Shown one piece after another: positions 37,001-52,000 of a stretch of 64,000 nt of DNA. The translations under genes and the position numbers were made by a program. Source of the stretch: Paragordius varius (taxonomy: Eukaryota; Animalia; Nematomorpha); the NCBI GenBank assembly GCA_964247055.1, contig OZ176051.1, forward strand, positions 1,860,001 through 1,924,000, given 5' to 3'. Within the stretch, counting starts at the first letter, position 1. Each line of letters starts with the position of its first letter. The notes below the pieces were generated by a model. It was not told the origin of the DNA. It worked only from the letters and a program-made list of their open reading frames with translations, and did not search any database.

Positions 37001-40000
37001 GTCAGCCGTATACTATCCATCGTCAGTCGTATACTATCCATCGTCAGTCGTATACTATCCATCGTCAGTCGTATACTATCCATCGTCAGTCGTATACCAT
37101 CCATCGTCAGTCGTATAAGTGGCGAAAATTTTACAAGTCCCCAATCCTATCCGTCGTCAGCCGTATCCTATCCATCGTCAGCCGTATACTATCCATCGTC
37201 AGTCGTATACTATCCATCGTCAGCCGTATAAGAGGCGAAAATTTTACAAGTCCCCAATCCTATCCGTCGTCAGCCGTATCCTATCCATCGTCAGCCGTAT
37301 ACTATCCATCGTCAGCCGTATACTATCCATCGTCAGTCGTATACTATCCATCGTCAGTCGTATAAGTGGCGAAAATTTTACAAGTCCCCAATCCTATCCG
37401 TCGTCAGCCGTATCCTATCCATCGTCAGCCGTATACTATCCATCGTCAGCCGTATACTATCCATCGTCAGTCGTATACTATCCATCGTCAGTCGTATAAG
37501 TGGCGAAAATTTTACAAGTCCCCAATCCTATCCGTCGTCAGCCGTATCCTATCCATCGTCAGCCGTATACTATCCATCGTCAGTCGTATACTATCCATCG
37601 TCAGTCGTATAAGTGGCGAAAATTTTACAAGTCCCCAATCCTATCCGTCGTCAGTCGTATAAGTGGCGAAAATTTTACAAGTCCCCAATCCTATCCGTCG
37701 TCAGCCGTATCCTATCCATCGTCAGCCGTATACTATCCATCGTCAGTCGTATACTATCCATCGTCAGTCGTATAAGTGGCGAAAATTTTACAAGTCCCCA
37801 ATCCTATCCGTCGTCAGCCGTATCCTATCCATCGTCAGCCGTATACTATCCATCGTCAGTCGTATAAGTGGCGAAAATTTTACAAGTCCCCAATCCTATC
37901 CGTCGTCAGCCGTATCCTATCCATCGTCAGCCGTATACTATCCATCGTCAGTCGTATACTATCCATCGTCAGCCGTATAAGAGGCGAAAATTTTACAAGT
38001 CCCCAATCCTATCCGTCGTCAGCCGTATCCTATCCATCGTCAGCCGTATACTATCCATCGTCAGCCGTATACTATCCATCGTCAGTCGTATACTATCCAT
38101 CGTCAGTCGTATAAGTGGCGAAAATTTTACAAGTCCCCAATCCTATCCGTCGTCAGCCGTATCCTATCCATCGTCAGCCGTATACTATCCATCGTCAGTC
38201 GTATACTATCCATCGTCAGCCGTATAAGAGGCGAAAATTTTACAAGTCCCCAATCCTATCCGTCGTCAGCCGTATCCTATCCATCGTCAGCCGTATACTA
38301 TCCATCGTCAGCCGTATACTATCCATCGTCAGCCGTATACCATCCATCGTCAGTCGTATAAGTGGCGAAAATTTTACAAGTCCCCAATCCTATCCGTCGT
38401 CAGCCGTATACTATCCATCGTCAGCCGTATACTATCCATCGTCAGTCGTATACTATCCATCGTCAGTCGTATAAGTGGCGAAAATTTTACAAGTCCCCAA
38501 TCCTATCCGTCGTCAGCCGTATCCTATCCATCGTCAGCCGTATACTATCCATCGTCAGCCGTATACTATCCATCGTCAGCCGTATACCATCCATCGTCAG
38601 TCGTATAAGTGGCGAAAATTTTACAAGTCCCCAATCCTATCCGTCGTCAGCCGTATACTATCCATCGTCAGTCGTATAAGAGGCGAAAATTTTACAAGTC
38701 CCCAATCCTATCCATCGTCAGCCGTATAAGAGGCGAAAATTTTACAAGTCCCCAATCCTATCCATCGTCAGCCGTATAAGAGGCGAAAATTTTACAAGTC
38801 CCCAATCCTATCCGTCGTCAGCCGTATCCTATCCATCGTCAGCCGTATACTATCCATCGTCAGTCGTATAAGTGGCGAAAATTTTACAAGTCCCCAATCC
38901 TATCCGTCGTCAGCCGTATCCTATCCATCGTCAGCCGTATACTATCCATCGTCAGCCGTATACCATCCATCGTCAGTCGTATAAGTGGCGAAAATTTTAC
39001 AAGTCCCCAATCCTATCCGTCGTCAGCCGTATCCTATCCATCGTCAGCCGTATACTATCCATCGTCAGTCGTATACTATCCATCGTCAGCCGTATAAGAG
39101 GCGAAAATTTTACAAGTCCCCAATCCTATCCGTCGTCAGCCGTATCCTATCCATCGTCAGCCGTATACTATCCATCGTCAGCCGTATACTATCCATCGTC
39201 AGTCGTATACTATCCATCGTCAGTCGTATAAGTGGCGAAAATTTTACAAGTCCCCAATCCAATCCGTCGTCAGCCGTATCCTATCCATCGTCAGCCGTAT
39301 ACTATCCATCGTCAGTCGTATACTATCCATCGTCAGCCGTATACTATCCATCGTCAGTCGTATACTATCCATCGTCAGTCGTATAAGTGGCGAAAATTTT
39401 ACAAGTCCCCAATCCTATCCGTCGTCAGCCGTATCCTATCCATCGTCAGCCGTATACTATCCATCGTCAGCCGTATACTATCCATCGTCAGTCGTATAGG
39501 TGGCGAAAATTTTACAAGTCCCCAATCCAATCCGTCGTCAGCCGTATCCTATCCATCGTCAGCCGTATACTATCCATCGTCAGTCGTATACTATCCATCG
39601 TCAGTCGTATACTATCCATCGTCAGTCGTATACTATCCATCGTCAGTCGTATACCATCCATCGTCAGTCGTATAAGTGGCGAAAATTTTACAAGTCCCCA
39701 ATCCTATCCGTCGTCAGCCGTATCCTATCCATCGTCAGCCGTATACTATCCATCGTCAGCCGTATACTATCCATCGTCAGTCGTATAGGTGGCGAAAATT
39801 TTACAAGTCCCCAATCCAATCCGTCGTCAGCCGTATCCTATCCATCGTCAGCCGTATACTATCCATCGTCAGTCGTATACTATCCATCGTCAGTCGTATA
39901 CTATCCATCGTCAGTCGTATACTATCCATCGTCAGTCGTATACCATCCATCGTCAGTCGTATAAGTGGCGAAAATTTTACAAGTCCCCAATCCTATCCGT

Positions 40001-43000
40001 CGTCAGCCGTATCCTATCCATCGTCAGCCGTATACTATCCATCGTCAGTCGTATACTATCCATCGTCAGCCGTATAAGAGGCGAAAATTTTACAAGTCCC
40101 CAATCCTATCCGTCGTCAGCCGTATCCTATCCATCGTCAGCCGTATACTATCCATCGTCAGCCGTATACTATCCATCGTCAGTCGTATACTATCCATCGT
40201 CAGTCGTATAAGTGGCGAAAATTTTACAAGTCCCCAATCCTATCCGTCGTCAGCCGTATCCTATCCATCGTCAGCCGTATACTATCCATCGTCAGCCGTA
40301 TACTATCCATCGTCAGTCGTATAAGTGGCGAAAATTTTACAAGTCCCCAATCCTATCCGTCGTCAGTCGTATACTATCCATCGTCAGTCGTATACTATCC
40401 ATCGTCAGTCGTATACTATCCATCGTCAGTCGTATAAGTGGCGAAAATTTTACAAGTCCCCAATCCTATCCGTCGTCAGTCGTATAAGTGGCGAAAATTT
40501 TACAAGTCCCCAATCCTATCCGTCGTCAGCCGTATCCTATCCATCGTCAGCCGTATACTATCCATCGTCAGTCGTATACTATCCATCGTCAGTCGTATAA
40601 GTGGCGAAAATTTTACAAGTCCCCAATCCTATCCGTCGTCAGCCGTATCCTATCCATCGTCAGCCGTATACTATCCATCGTCAGTCGTATAAGTGGCGAA
40701 AATTTTACAAGTCCCCAATCCTATCCGTCGTCAGCCGTATCCTATCCATCGTCAGCCGTATACTATCCATCGTCAGCCGTATACCATCCATCGTCAGTCG
40801 TATAAGTGGCGAAAATTTTACAAGTCCCCAATCCTATCCGTCGTCAGCCGTATACTATCCATCGTCAGCCGTATACTATCCATCGTCAGTCGTATACTAT
40901 CCATCGTCAGTCGTATAAGTGGCGAAAATTTTACAAGTCCCCAATCCTATCCGTCGTCAGCCGTATCCTATCCATCGTCAGCCGTATACTATCCATCGTC
41001 AGCCGTATACTATCCATCGTCAGCCGTATACCATCCATCGTCAGTCGTATAAGTGGCGAAAATTTTACAAGTCCCCAATCCTATCCGTCGTCAGCCGTAT
41101 ACTATCCATCGTCAGTCGTATAAGAGGCGAAAATTTTACAAGTCCCCAATCCTATCCATCGTCAGCCGTATAAGAGGCGAAAATTTTACAAGTCCCCAAT
41201 CCTATCCATCGTCAGCCGTATAAGAGGCGAAAATTTTACAAGTCCCCAATCCTATCCGTCGTCAGCCGTATCCTATCCATCGTCAGCCGTATACTATCCA
41301 TCGTCAGTCGTATAAGTGGCGAAAATTTTACAAGTCCCCAATCCTATCCGTCGTCAGCCGTATCCTATCCATCGTCAGCCGTATACTATCCATCGTCAGC
41401 CGTATACCATCCATCGTCAGTCGTATAAGTGGCGAAAATTTTACAAGTCCCCAATCCTATCCGTCGTCAGCCGTATCCTATCCATCGTCAGCCGTATACT
41501 ATCCATCGTCAGTCGTATACTATCCATCGTCAGCCGTATAAGAGGCGAAAATTTTACAAGTCCCCAATCCTATCCGTCGTCAGCCGTATCCTATCCATCG
41601 TCAGCCGTATACTATCCATCGTCAGCCGTATACTATCCATCGTCAGTCGTATACTATCCATCGTCAGTCGTATAAGTGGCGAAAATTTTACAAGTCCCCA
41701 ATCCAATCCGTCGTCAGCCGTATCCTATCCATCGTCAGCCGTATACTATCCATCGTCAGTCGTATACTATCCATCGTCAGCCGTATACTATCCATCGTCA
41801 GTCGTATACTATCCATCGTCAGTCGTATAAGTGGCGAAAATTTTACAAGTCCCCAATCCTATCCGTCGTCAGCCGTATCCTATCCATCGTCAGCCGTATA
41901 CTATCCATCGTCAGCCGTATACTATCCATCGTCAGTCGTATAGGTGGCGAAAATTTTACAAGTCCCCAATCCAATCCGTCGTCAGCCGTATCCTATCCAT
42001 CGTCAGCCGTATACTATCCATCGTCAGTCGTATACTATCCATCGTCAGTCGTATACTATCCATCGTCAGTCGTATACTATCCATCGTCAGTCGTATACCA
42101 TCCATCGTCAGTCGTATAAGTGGCGAAAATTTTACAAGTCCCCAATCCTATCCGTCGTCAGCCGTATCCTATCCATCGTCAGCCGTATACTATCCATCGT
42201 CAGCCGTATACTATCCATCGTCAGTCGTATAGGTGGCGAAAATTTTACAAGTCCCCAATCCAATCCGTCGTCAGCCGTATCCTATCCATCGTCAGCCGTA
42301 TACTATCCATCGTCAGTCGTATACTATCCATCGTCAGTCGTATACTATCCATCGTCAGTCGTATACTATCCATCGTCAGTCGTATACCATCCATCGTCAG
42401 TCGTATAAGTGGCGAAAATTTTACAAGTCCCCAATCCTATCCGTCGTCAGCCGTATCCTATCCATCGTCAGCCGTATACTATCCATCGTCAGTCGTATAC
42501 TATCCATCGTCAGCCGTATAAGAGGCGAAAATTTTACAAGTCCCCAATCCTATCCGTCGTCAGCCGTATCCTATCCATCGTCAGCCGTATACTATCCATC
42601 GTCAGCCGTATACTATCCATCGTCAGTCGTATACTATCCATCGTCAGTCGTATAAGTGGCGAAAATTTTACAAGTCCCCAATCCTATCCGTCGTCAGCCG
42701 TATCCTATCCATCGTCAGCCGTATACTATCCATCGTCAGCCGTATACTATCCATCGTCAGTCGTATAAGTGGCGAAAATTTTACAAGTCCCCAATCCTAT
42801 CCGTCGTCAGCCGTATCCTATCCATCGTCAGCCGTATACTATCCATCGTCAGTCGTATACTATCCATCGTCAGTCGTATAAGTGGCGAAAATTTTACAAG
42901 TCCCCAATCCTATCCGTCGTCAGTCGTATAAGTGGCGAAAATTTTACAAGTCCCCAATCCTATCCGTCGTCAGCCGTATCCTATCCATCGTCAGCCGTAT

Positions 43001-46000
43001 ACTATCCATCGTCAGTCGTATACTATCCATCGTCAGTCGTATAAGTGGCGAAAATTTTACAAGTCCCCAATCCTATCCGTCGTCAGCCGTATCCTATCCA
43101 TCGTCAGCCGTATACTATCCATCGTCAGCCGTATACTATCCATCGTCAGCCGTATACCATCCATCGTCAGTCGTATAAGTGGCGAAAATTTTACAAGTCC
43201 CCAATCCTATCCGTCGTCAGCCGTATACTATCCATCGTCAGTCGTATAAGAGGCGAAAATTTTACAAGTCCCCAATCCTATCCATCGTCAGCCGTATACT
43301 ATCCATCGTCAGCCGTATACTATCCATCGTCAGTCGTATACTATCCATCGTCAGTCGTATAAGTGGCGAAAATTTTACAAGTCCCCAATCCTATCCGTCG
43401 TCAGCCGTATCCTATCCATCGTCAGCCGTATACTATCCATCGTCAGTCGTATACTATCCATCGTCAGCCGTATAAGAGGCGAAAATTTTACAAGTCCCCA
43501 ATCCTATCCGTCGTCAGCCGTATCCTATCCATCGTCAGCCGTATACTATCCATCGTCAGCCGTATACTATCCATCGTCAGTCGTATACTATCCATCGTCA
43601 GTCGTATAAGTGGCGAAAATTTTACAAGTCCCCAATCCTATCCGTCGTCAGCCGTATCCTATCCATCGTCAGCCGTATACTATCCATCGTCAGCCGTATA
43701 CTATCCATCGTCAGTCGTATAAGTGGCGAAAATTTTACAAGTCCCCAATCCTATCCGTCGTCAGCCGTATCCTATCCATCGTCAGCCGTATACTATCCAT
43801 CGTCAGTCGTATACTATCCATCGTCAGTCGTATAAGTGGCGAAAATTTTACAAGTCCCCAATCCTATCCGTCGTCAGTCGTATAAGTGGCGAAAATTTTA
43901 CAAGTCCCCAATCCTATCCGTCGTCAGCCGTATCCTATCCATCGTCAGCCGTATACTATCCATCGTCAGTCGTATACTATCCATCGTCAGTCGTATAAGT
44001 GGCGAAAATTTTACAAGTCCCCAATCCTATCCGTCGTCAGCCGTATCCTATCCATCGTCAGCCGTATACTATCCATCGTCAGCCGTATACTATCCATCGT
44101 CAGCCGTATACCATCCATCGTCAGTCGTATAAGTGGCGAAAATTTTACAAGTCCCCAATCCTATCCGTCGTCAGCCGTATACTATCCATCGTCAGTCGTA
44201 TAAGAGGCGAAAATTTTACAAGTCCCCAATCCTATCCATCGTCAGCCGTATACTATCCATCGTCAGCCGTATACTATCCATCGTCAGTCGTATACTATCC
44301 ATCGTCAGTCGTATAAGTGGCGAAAATTTTACAAGTCCCCAATCCTATCCGTCGTCAGCCGTATCCTATCCATCGTCAGCCGTATACTATCCATCGTCAG
44401 TCGTATAAGTGGCGAAAATTTTACAAGTCCCCAATCCTATCCGTCGTCAGCCGTATCCTATCCATCGTCAGCCGTATACTATCCATCGTCAGCCGTATAC
44501 CATCCATCGTCAGTCGTATAAGTGGCGAAAATTTTACAAGTCCCCAATCCTATCCGTCGTCAGCCGTATACTATCCATCGTCAGCCGTATACTATCCATC
44601 GTCAGTCGTATACTATCCATCGTCAGTCGTATAAGTGGCGAAAATTTTACAAGTCCCCAATCCTATCCGTCGTCAGCCGTATCCTATCCATCGTCAGCCG
44701 TATACTATCCATCGTCAGCCGTATACTATCCATCGTCAGCCGTATACCATCCATCGTCAGTCGTATAAGTGGCGAAAATTTTACAAGTCCCCAATCCTAT
44801 CCGTCGTCAGCCGTATACTATCCATCGTCAGTCGTATAAGAGGCGAAAATTTTACAAGTCCCCAATCCTATCCATCGTCAGCCGTATAAGAGGCGAAAAT
44901 TTTACAAGTCCCCAATCCTATCCATCGTCAGCCGTATAAGAGGCGAAAATTTTACAAGTCCCCAATCCTATCCGTCGTCAGCCGTATCCTATCCATCGTC
45001 AGCCGTATACTATCCATCGTCAGTCGTATAAGTGGCGAAAATTTTACAAGTCCCCAATCCTATCCGTCGTCAGCCGTATCCTATCCATCGTCAGCCGTAT
45101 ACTATCCATCGTCAGCCGTATACCATCCATCGTCAGTCGTATAAGTGGCGAAAATTTTACAAGTCCCCAATCCTATCCGTCGTCAGCCGTATCCTATCCA
45201 TCGTCAGCCGTATACTATCCATCGTCAGTCGTATACTATCCATCGTCAGCCGTATAAGAGGCGAAAATTTTACAAGTCCCCAATCCTATCCGTCGTCAGC
45301 CGTATCCTATCCATCGTCAGCCGTATACTATCCATCGTCAGCCGTATACTATCCATCGTCAGTCGTATACTATCCATCGTCAGTCGTATAAGTGGCGAAA
45401 ATTTTACAAGTCCCCAATCCAATCCGTCGTCAGCCGTATCCTATCCATCGTCAGCCGTATACTATCCATCGTCAGTCGTATACTATCCATCGTCAGCCGT
45501 ATACTATCCATCGTCAGTCGTATACTATCCATCGTCAGTCGTATAAGTGGCGAAAATTTTACAAGTCCCCAATCCTATCCGTCGTCAGCCGTATCCTATC
45601 CATCGTCAGCCGTATACTATCCATCGTCAGCCGTATACTATCCATCGTCAGTCGTATAGGTGGCGAAAATTTTACAAGTCCCCAATCCAATCCGTCGTCA
45701 GCCGTATCCTATCCATCGTCAGCCGTATACTATCCATCGTCAGTCGTATACTATCCATCGTCAGTCGTATACTATCCATCGTCAGTCGTATACTATCCAT
45801 CGTCAGTCGTATACCATCCATCGTCAGTCGTATAAGTGGCGAAAATTTTACAAGTCCCCAATCCTATCCGTCGTCAGCCGTATCCTATCCATCGTCAGCC
45901 GTATACTATCCATCGTCAGCCGTATACTATCCATCGTCAGTCGTATAGGTGGCGAAAATTTTACAAGTCCCCAATCCAATCCGTCGTCAGCCGTATCCTA

Positions 46001-49000
46001 TCCATCGTCAGCCGTATACTATCCATCGTCAGTCGTATACTATCCATCGTCAGTCGTATACTATCCATCGTCAGTCGTATACTATCCATCGTCAGTCGTA
46101 TACCATCCATCGTCAGTCGTATAAGTGGCGAAAATTTTACAAGTCCCCAATCCTATCCGTCGTCAGCCGTATCCTATCCATCGTCAGCCGTATACTATCC
46201 ATCGTCAGTCGTATACTATCCATCGTCAGCCGTATAAGAGGCGAAAATTTTACAAGTCCCCAATCCTATCCGTCGTCAGCCGTATCCTATCCATCGTCAG
46301 CCGTATACTATCCATCGTCAGCCGTATACTATCCATCGTCAGTCGTATACTATCCATCGTCAGTCGTATAAGTGGCGAAAATTTTACAAGTCCCCAATCC
46401 TATCCGTCGTCAGCCGTATCCTATCCATCGTCAGCCGTATACTATCCATCGTCAGCCGTATACTATCCATCGTCAGTCGTATAAGTGGCGAAAATTTTAC
46501 AAGTCCCCAATCCTATCCGTCGTCAGCCGTATCCTATCCATCGTCAGCCGTATACTATCCATCGTCAGTCGTATACTATCCATCGTCAGTCGTATAAGTG
46601 GCGAAAATTTTACAAGTCCCCAATCCTATCCGTCGTCAGTCGTATAAGTGGCGAAAATTTTACAAGTCCCCAATCCTATCCGTCGTCAGCCGTATCCTAT
46701 CCATCGTCAGCCGTATACTATCCATCGTCAGTCGTATACTATCCATCGTCAGTCGTATAAGTGGCGAAAATTTTACAAGTCCCCAATCCTATCCGTCGTC
46801 AGCCGTATCCTATCCATCGTCAGCCGTATACTATCCATCGTCAGTCGTATAAGTGGCGAAAATTTTACAAGTCCCCAATCCTATCCGTCGTCAGCCGTAT
46901 CCTATCCATCGTCAGCCGTATACTATCCATCGTCAGTCGTATACTATCCATCGTCAGCCGTATAAGAGGCGAAAATTTTACAAGTCCCCAATCCTATCCG
47001 TCGTCAGCCGTATCCTATCCATCGTCAGCCGTATACTATCCATCGTCAGCCGTATACTATCCATCGTCAGTCGTATACTATCCATCGTCAGTCGTATAAG
47101 TGGCGAAAATTTTACAAGTCCCCAATCCTATCCGTCGTCAGCCGTATCCTATCCATCGTCAGCCGTATACTATCCATCGTCAGCCGTATACTATCCATCG
47201 TCAGTCGTATAAGTGGCGAAAATTTTACAAGTCCCCAATCCTATCCGTCGTCAGCCGTATCCTATCCATCGTCAGCCGTATACTATCCATCGTCAGTCGT
47301 ATACTATCCATCGTCAGTCGTATAAGTGGCGAAAATTTTACAAGTCCCCAATCCTATCCGTCGTCAGTCGTATAAGTGGCGAAAATTTTACAAGTCCCCA
47401 ATCCTATCCGTCGTCAGCCGTATCCTATCCATCGTCAGCCGTATACTATCCATCGTCAGTCGTATACTATCCATCGTCAGTCGTATAAGTGGCGAAAATT
47501 TTACAAGTCCCCAATCCTATCCGTCGTCAGCCGTATCCTATCCATCGTCAGCCGTATACTATCCATCGTCAGTCGTATAAGTGGCGAAAATTTTACAAGT
47601 CCCCAATCCTATCCGTCGTCAGCCGTATCCTATCCATCGTCAGCCGTATACTATCCATCGTCAGCCGTATACCATCCATCGTCAGTCGTATAAGTGGCGA
47701 AAATTTTACAAGTCCCCAATCCTATCCGTCGTCAGCCGTATACTATCCATCGTCAGCCGTATACTATCCATCGTCAGTCGTATACTATCCATCGTCAGTC
47801 GTATAAGTGGCGAAAATTTTACAAGTCCCCAATCCTATCCGTCGTCAGCCGTATCCTATCCATCGTCAGCCGTATACTATCCATCGTCAGCCGTATACTA
47901 TCCATCGTCAGCCGTATACCATCCATCGTCAGTCGTATAAGTGGCGAAAATTTTACAAGTCCCCAATCCTATCCGTCGTCAGCCGTATACTATCCATTGT
48001 CAGTCGTATAAGAGGCGAAAATTTTACAAGTCCCCAATCCTATCCATCGTCAGCCGTATAAGAGGCGAAAATTTTACAAGTCCCCAATCCTATCCATCGT
48101 CAGCCGTATAAGAGGCGAAAATTTTACAAGTCCCCAATCCTATCCGTCGTCAGCCGTATCCTATCCATCGTCAGCCGTATACTATCCATCGTCAGCCGTA
48201 TACTATCCATCGTCAGTCGTATAAGTGGCGAAAATTTTACAAGTCCCCAATCCTATCCGTCGTCAGCCGTATCCTATCCATCGTCAGCCGTATACTATCC
48301 ATCGTCAGCCGTATACCATCCATCGTCAGTCGTATAAGTGGCGAAAATTTTACAAGTCCCCAATCCTATCCGTCGTCAGCCGTATCCTATCCATCGTCAG
48401 CCGTATACTATCCATCGTCAGTCGTATACTATCCATCGTCAGCCGTATAAGAGGCGAAAATTTTACAAGTCCCCAATCCTATCCGTCGTCAGCCGTATCC
48501 TATCCATCGTCAGCCGTATACTATCCATCGTCAGCCGTATACTATCCATCGTCAGTCGTATACTATCCATCGTCAGTCGTATAAGTGGCGAAAATTTTAC
48601 AAGTCCCCAATCCAATCCGTCGTCAGCCGTATCCTATCCATCGTCAGCCGTATACTATCCATCGTCAGTCGTATACTATCCATCGTCAGCCGTATACTAT
48701 CCATCGTCAGTCGTATACTATCCATCGTCAGTCGTATAAGTGGCGAAAATTTTACAAGTCCCCAATCCTATCCGTCGTCAGCCGTATCCTATCCATCGTC
48801 AGCCGTATACTATCCATCGTCAGCCGTATACTATCCATCGTCAGTCGTATAGGTGGCGAAAATTTTACAAGTCCCCAATCCAATCCGTCGTCAGCCGTAT
48901 CCTATCCATCGTCAGCCGTATACTATCCATCGTCAGTCGTATACTATCCATCGTCAGTCGTATACTATCCATCGTCAGTCGTATACTATCCATCGTCAGT

Positions 49001-52000
49001 CGTATACCATCCATCGTCAGTCGTATAAGTGGCGAAAATTTTACAAGTCCCCAATCCTATCCGTCGTCAGCCGTATCCTATCCATCGTCAGCCGTATACT
49101 ATCCATCGTCAGCCGTATACTATCCATCGTCAGTCGTATAGGTGGCGAAAATTTTACAAGTCCCCAATCCAATCCGTCGTCAGCCGTATCCTATCCATCG
49201 TCAGCCGTATACTATCCATCGTCAGTCGTATACTATCCATCGTCAGTCGTATACTATCCATCGTCAGTCGTATACTATCCATCGTCAGTCGTATACCATC
49301 CATCGTCAGTCGTATAAGTGGCGAAAATTTTACAAGTCCCCAATCCTATCCGTCGTCAGCCGTATCCTATCCATCGTCAGCCGTATACTATCCATCGTCA
49401 GTCGTATACTATCCATCGTCAGCCGTATAAGAGGCGAAAATTTTACAAGTCCCCAATCCTATCCGTCGTCAGCCGTATCCTATCCATCGTCAGCCGTATA
49501 CTATCCATCGTCAGCCGTATACTATCCATCGTCAGTCGTATACTATCCATCGTCAGTCGTATAAGTGGCGAAAATTTTACAAGTCCCCAATCCTATCCGT
49601 CGTCAGCCGTATCCTATCCATCGTCAGCCGTATACTATCCATCGTCAGCCGTATACTATCCATCGTCAGTCGTATAAGTGGCGAAAATTTTACAAGTCCC
49701 CAATCCTATCCGTCGTCAGCCGTATCCTATCCATCGTCAGCCGTATACTATCCATCGTCAGTCGTATACTATCCATCGTCAGTCGTATAAGTGGCGAAAA
49801 TTTTACAAGTCCCCAATCCTATCCGTCGTCAGTCGTATAAGTGGCGAAAATTTTACAAGTCCCCAATCCTATCCGTCGTCAGCCGTATCCTATCCATCGT
49901 CAGCCGTATACTATCCATCGTCAGTCGTATACTATCCATCGTCAGTCGTATAAGTGGCGAAAATTTTACAAGTCCCCAATCCTATCCGTCGTCAGCCGTA
50001 TCCTATCCATCGTCAGCCGTATACTATCCATCGTCAGTCGTATAAGTGGCGAAAATTTTACAAGTCCCCAATCCTATCCGTCGTCAGCCGTATCCTATCC
50101 ATCGTCAGCCGTATACTATCCATCGTCAGTCGTATACTATCCATCGTCAGCCGTATAAGAGGCGAAAATTTTACAAGTCCCCAATCCTATCCGTCGTCAG
50201 CCGTATCCTATCCATCGTCAGCCGTATACTATCCATCGTCAGCCGTATACTATCCATCGTCAGTCGTATACTATCCATCGTCAGTCGTATAAGTGGCGAA
50301 AATTTTACAAGTCCCCAATCCTATCCGTCGTCAGCCGTATCCTATCCATCGTCAGCCGTATACTATCCATCGTCAGTCGTATACTATCCATCGTCAGCCG
50401 TATAAGAGGCGAAAATTTTACAAGTCCCCAATCCTATCCGTCGTCAGCCGTATCCTATCCATCGTCAGCCGTATACTATCCATCGTCAGCCGTATACTAT
50501 CCATCGTCAGTCGTATACTATCCATCGTCAGTCGTATAAGTGGCGAAAATTTTACAAGTCCCCAATCCTATCCGTCGTCAGCCGTATCCTATCCATCGTC
50601 AGCCGTATACTATCCATCGTCAGCCGTATACTATCCATCGTCAGTCGTATAAGTGGCGAAAATTTTACAAGTCCCCAATCCTATCCGTCGTCAGCCGTAT
50701 CCTATCCATCGTCAGCCGTATACTATCCATCGTCAGTCGTATACTATCCATCGTCAGTCGTATAAGTGGCGAAAATTTTACAAGTCCCCAATCCTATCCG
50801 TCGTCAGTCGTATAAGTGGCGAAAATTTTACAAGTCCCCAATCCTATCCGTCGTCAGCCGTATCCTATCCATCGTCAGCCGTATACTATCCATCGTCAGT
50901 CGTATACTATCCATCGTCAGTCGTATAAGTGGCGAAAATTTTACAAGTCCCCAATCCTATCCGTCGTCAGCCGTATCCTATCCATCGTCAGCCGTATACT
51001 ATCCATCGTCAGTCGTATAAGTGGCGAAAATTTTACAAGTCCCCAATCCTATCCGTCGTCAGCCGTATCCTATCCATCGTCAGCCGTATACTATCCATCG
51101 TCAGCCGTATACCATCCATCGTCAGTCGTATAAGTGGCGAAAATTTTACAAGTCCCCAATCCTATCCGTCGTCAGCCGTATACTATCCATCGTCAGCCGT
51201 ATACTATCCATCGTCAGTCGTATACTATCCATCGTCAGTCGTATAAGTGGCGAAAATTTTACAAGTCCCCAATCCTATCCGTCGTCAGCCGTATCCTATC
51301 CATCGTCAGCCGTATACTATCCATCGTCAGCCGTATACTATCCATCGTCAGCCGTATACCATCCATCGTCAGTCGTATAAGTGGCGAAAATTTTACAAGT
51401 CCCCAATCCTATCCGTCGTCAGCCGTATACTATCCATTGTCAGTCGTATAAGAGGCGAAAATTTTACAAGTCCCCAATCCTATCCATCGTCAGCCGTATA
51501 AGAGGCGAAAATTTTACAAGTCCCCAATCCTATCCATCGTCAGCCGTATAAGAGGCGAAAATTTTACAAGTCCCCAATCCTATCCGTCGTCAGCCGTATC
51601 CTATCCATCGTCAGCCGTATACTATCCATCGTCAGTCGTATAAGTGGCGAAAATTTTACAAGTCCCCAATCCTATCCGTCGTCAGCCGTATCCTATCCAT
51701 CGTCAGCCGTATACTATCCATCGTCAGCCGTATACCATCCATCGTCAGTCGTATAAGTGGCGAAAATTTTACAAGTCCCCAATCCAATCCGTCGTCAGCC
51801 GTATCCTATCCATCGTCAGCCGTATACTATCCATCGTCAGTCGTATACTATCCATCGTCAGCCGTATACTATCCATCGTCAGTCGTATACTATCCATCGT
51901 CAGTCGTATAAGTGGCGAAAATTTTACAAGTCCCCAATCCTATCCGTCGTCAGCCGTATCCTATCCATCGTCAGCCGTATACTATCCATCGTCAGCCGTA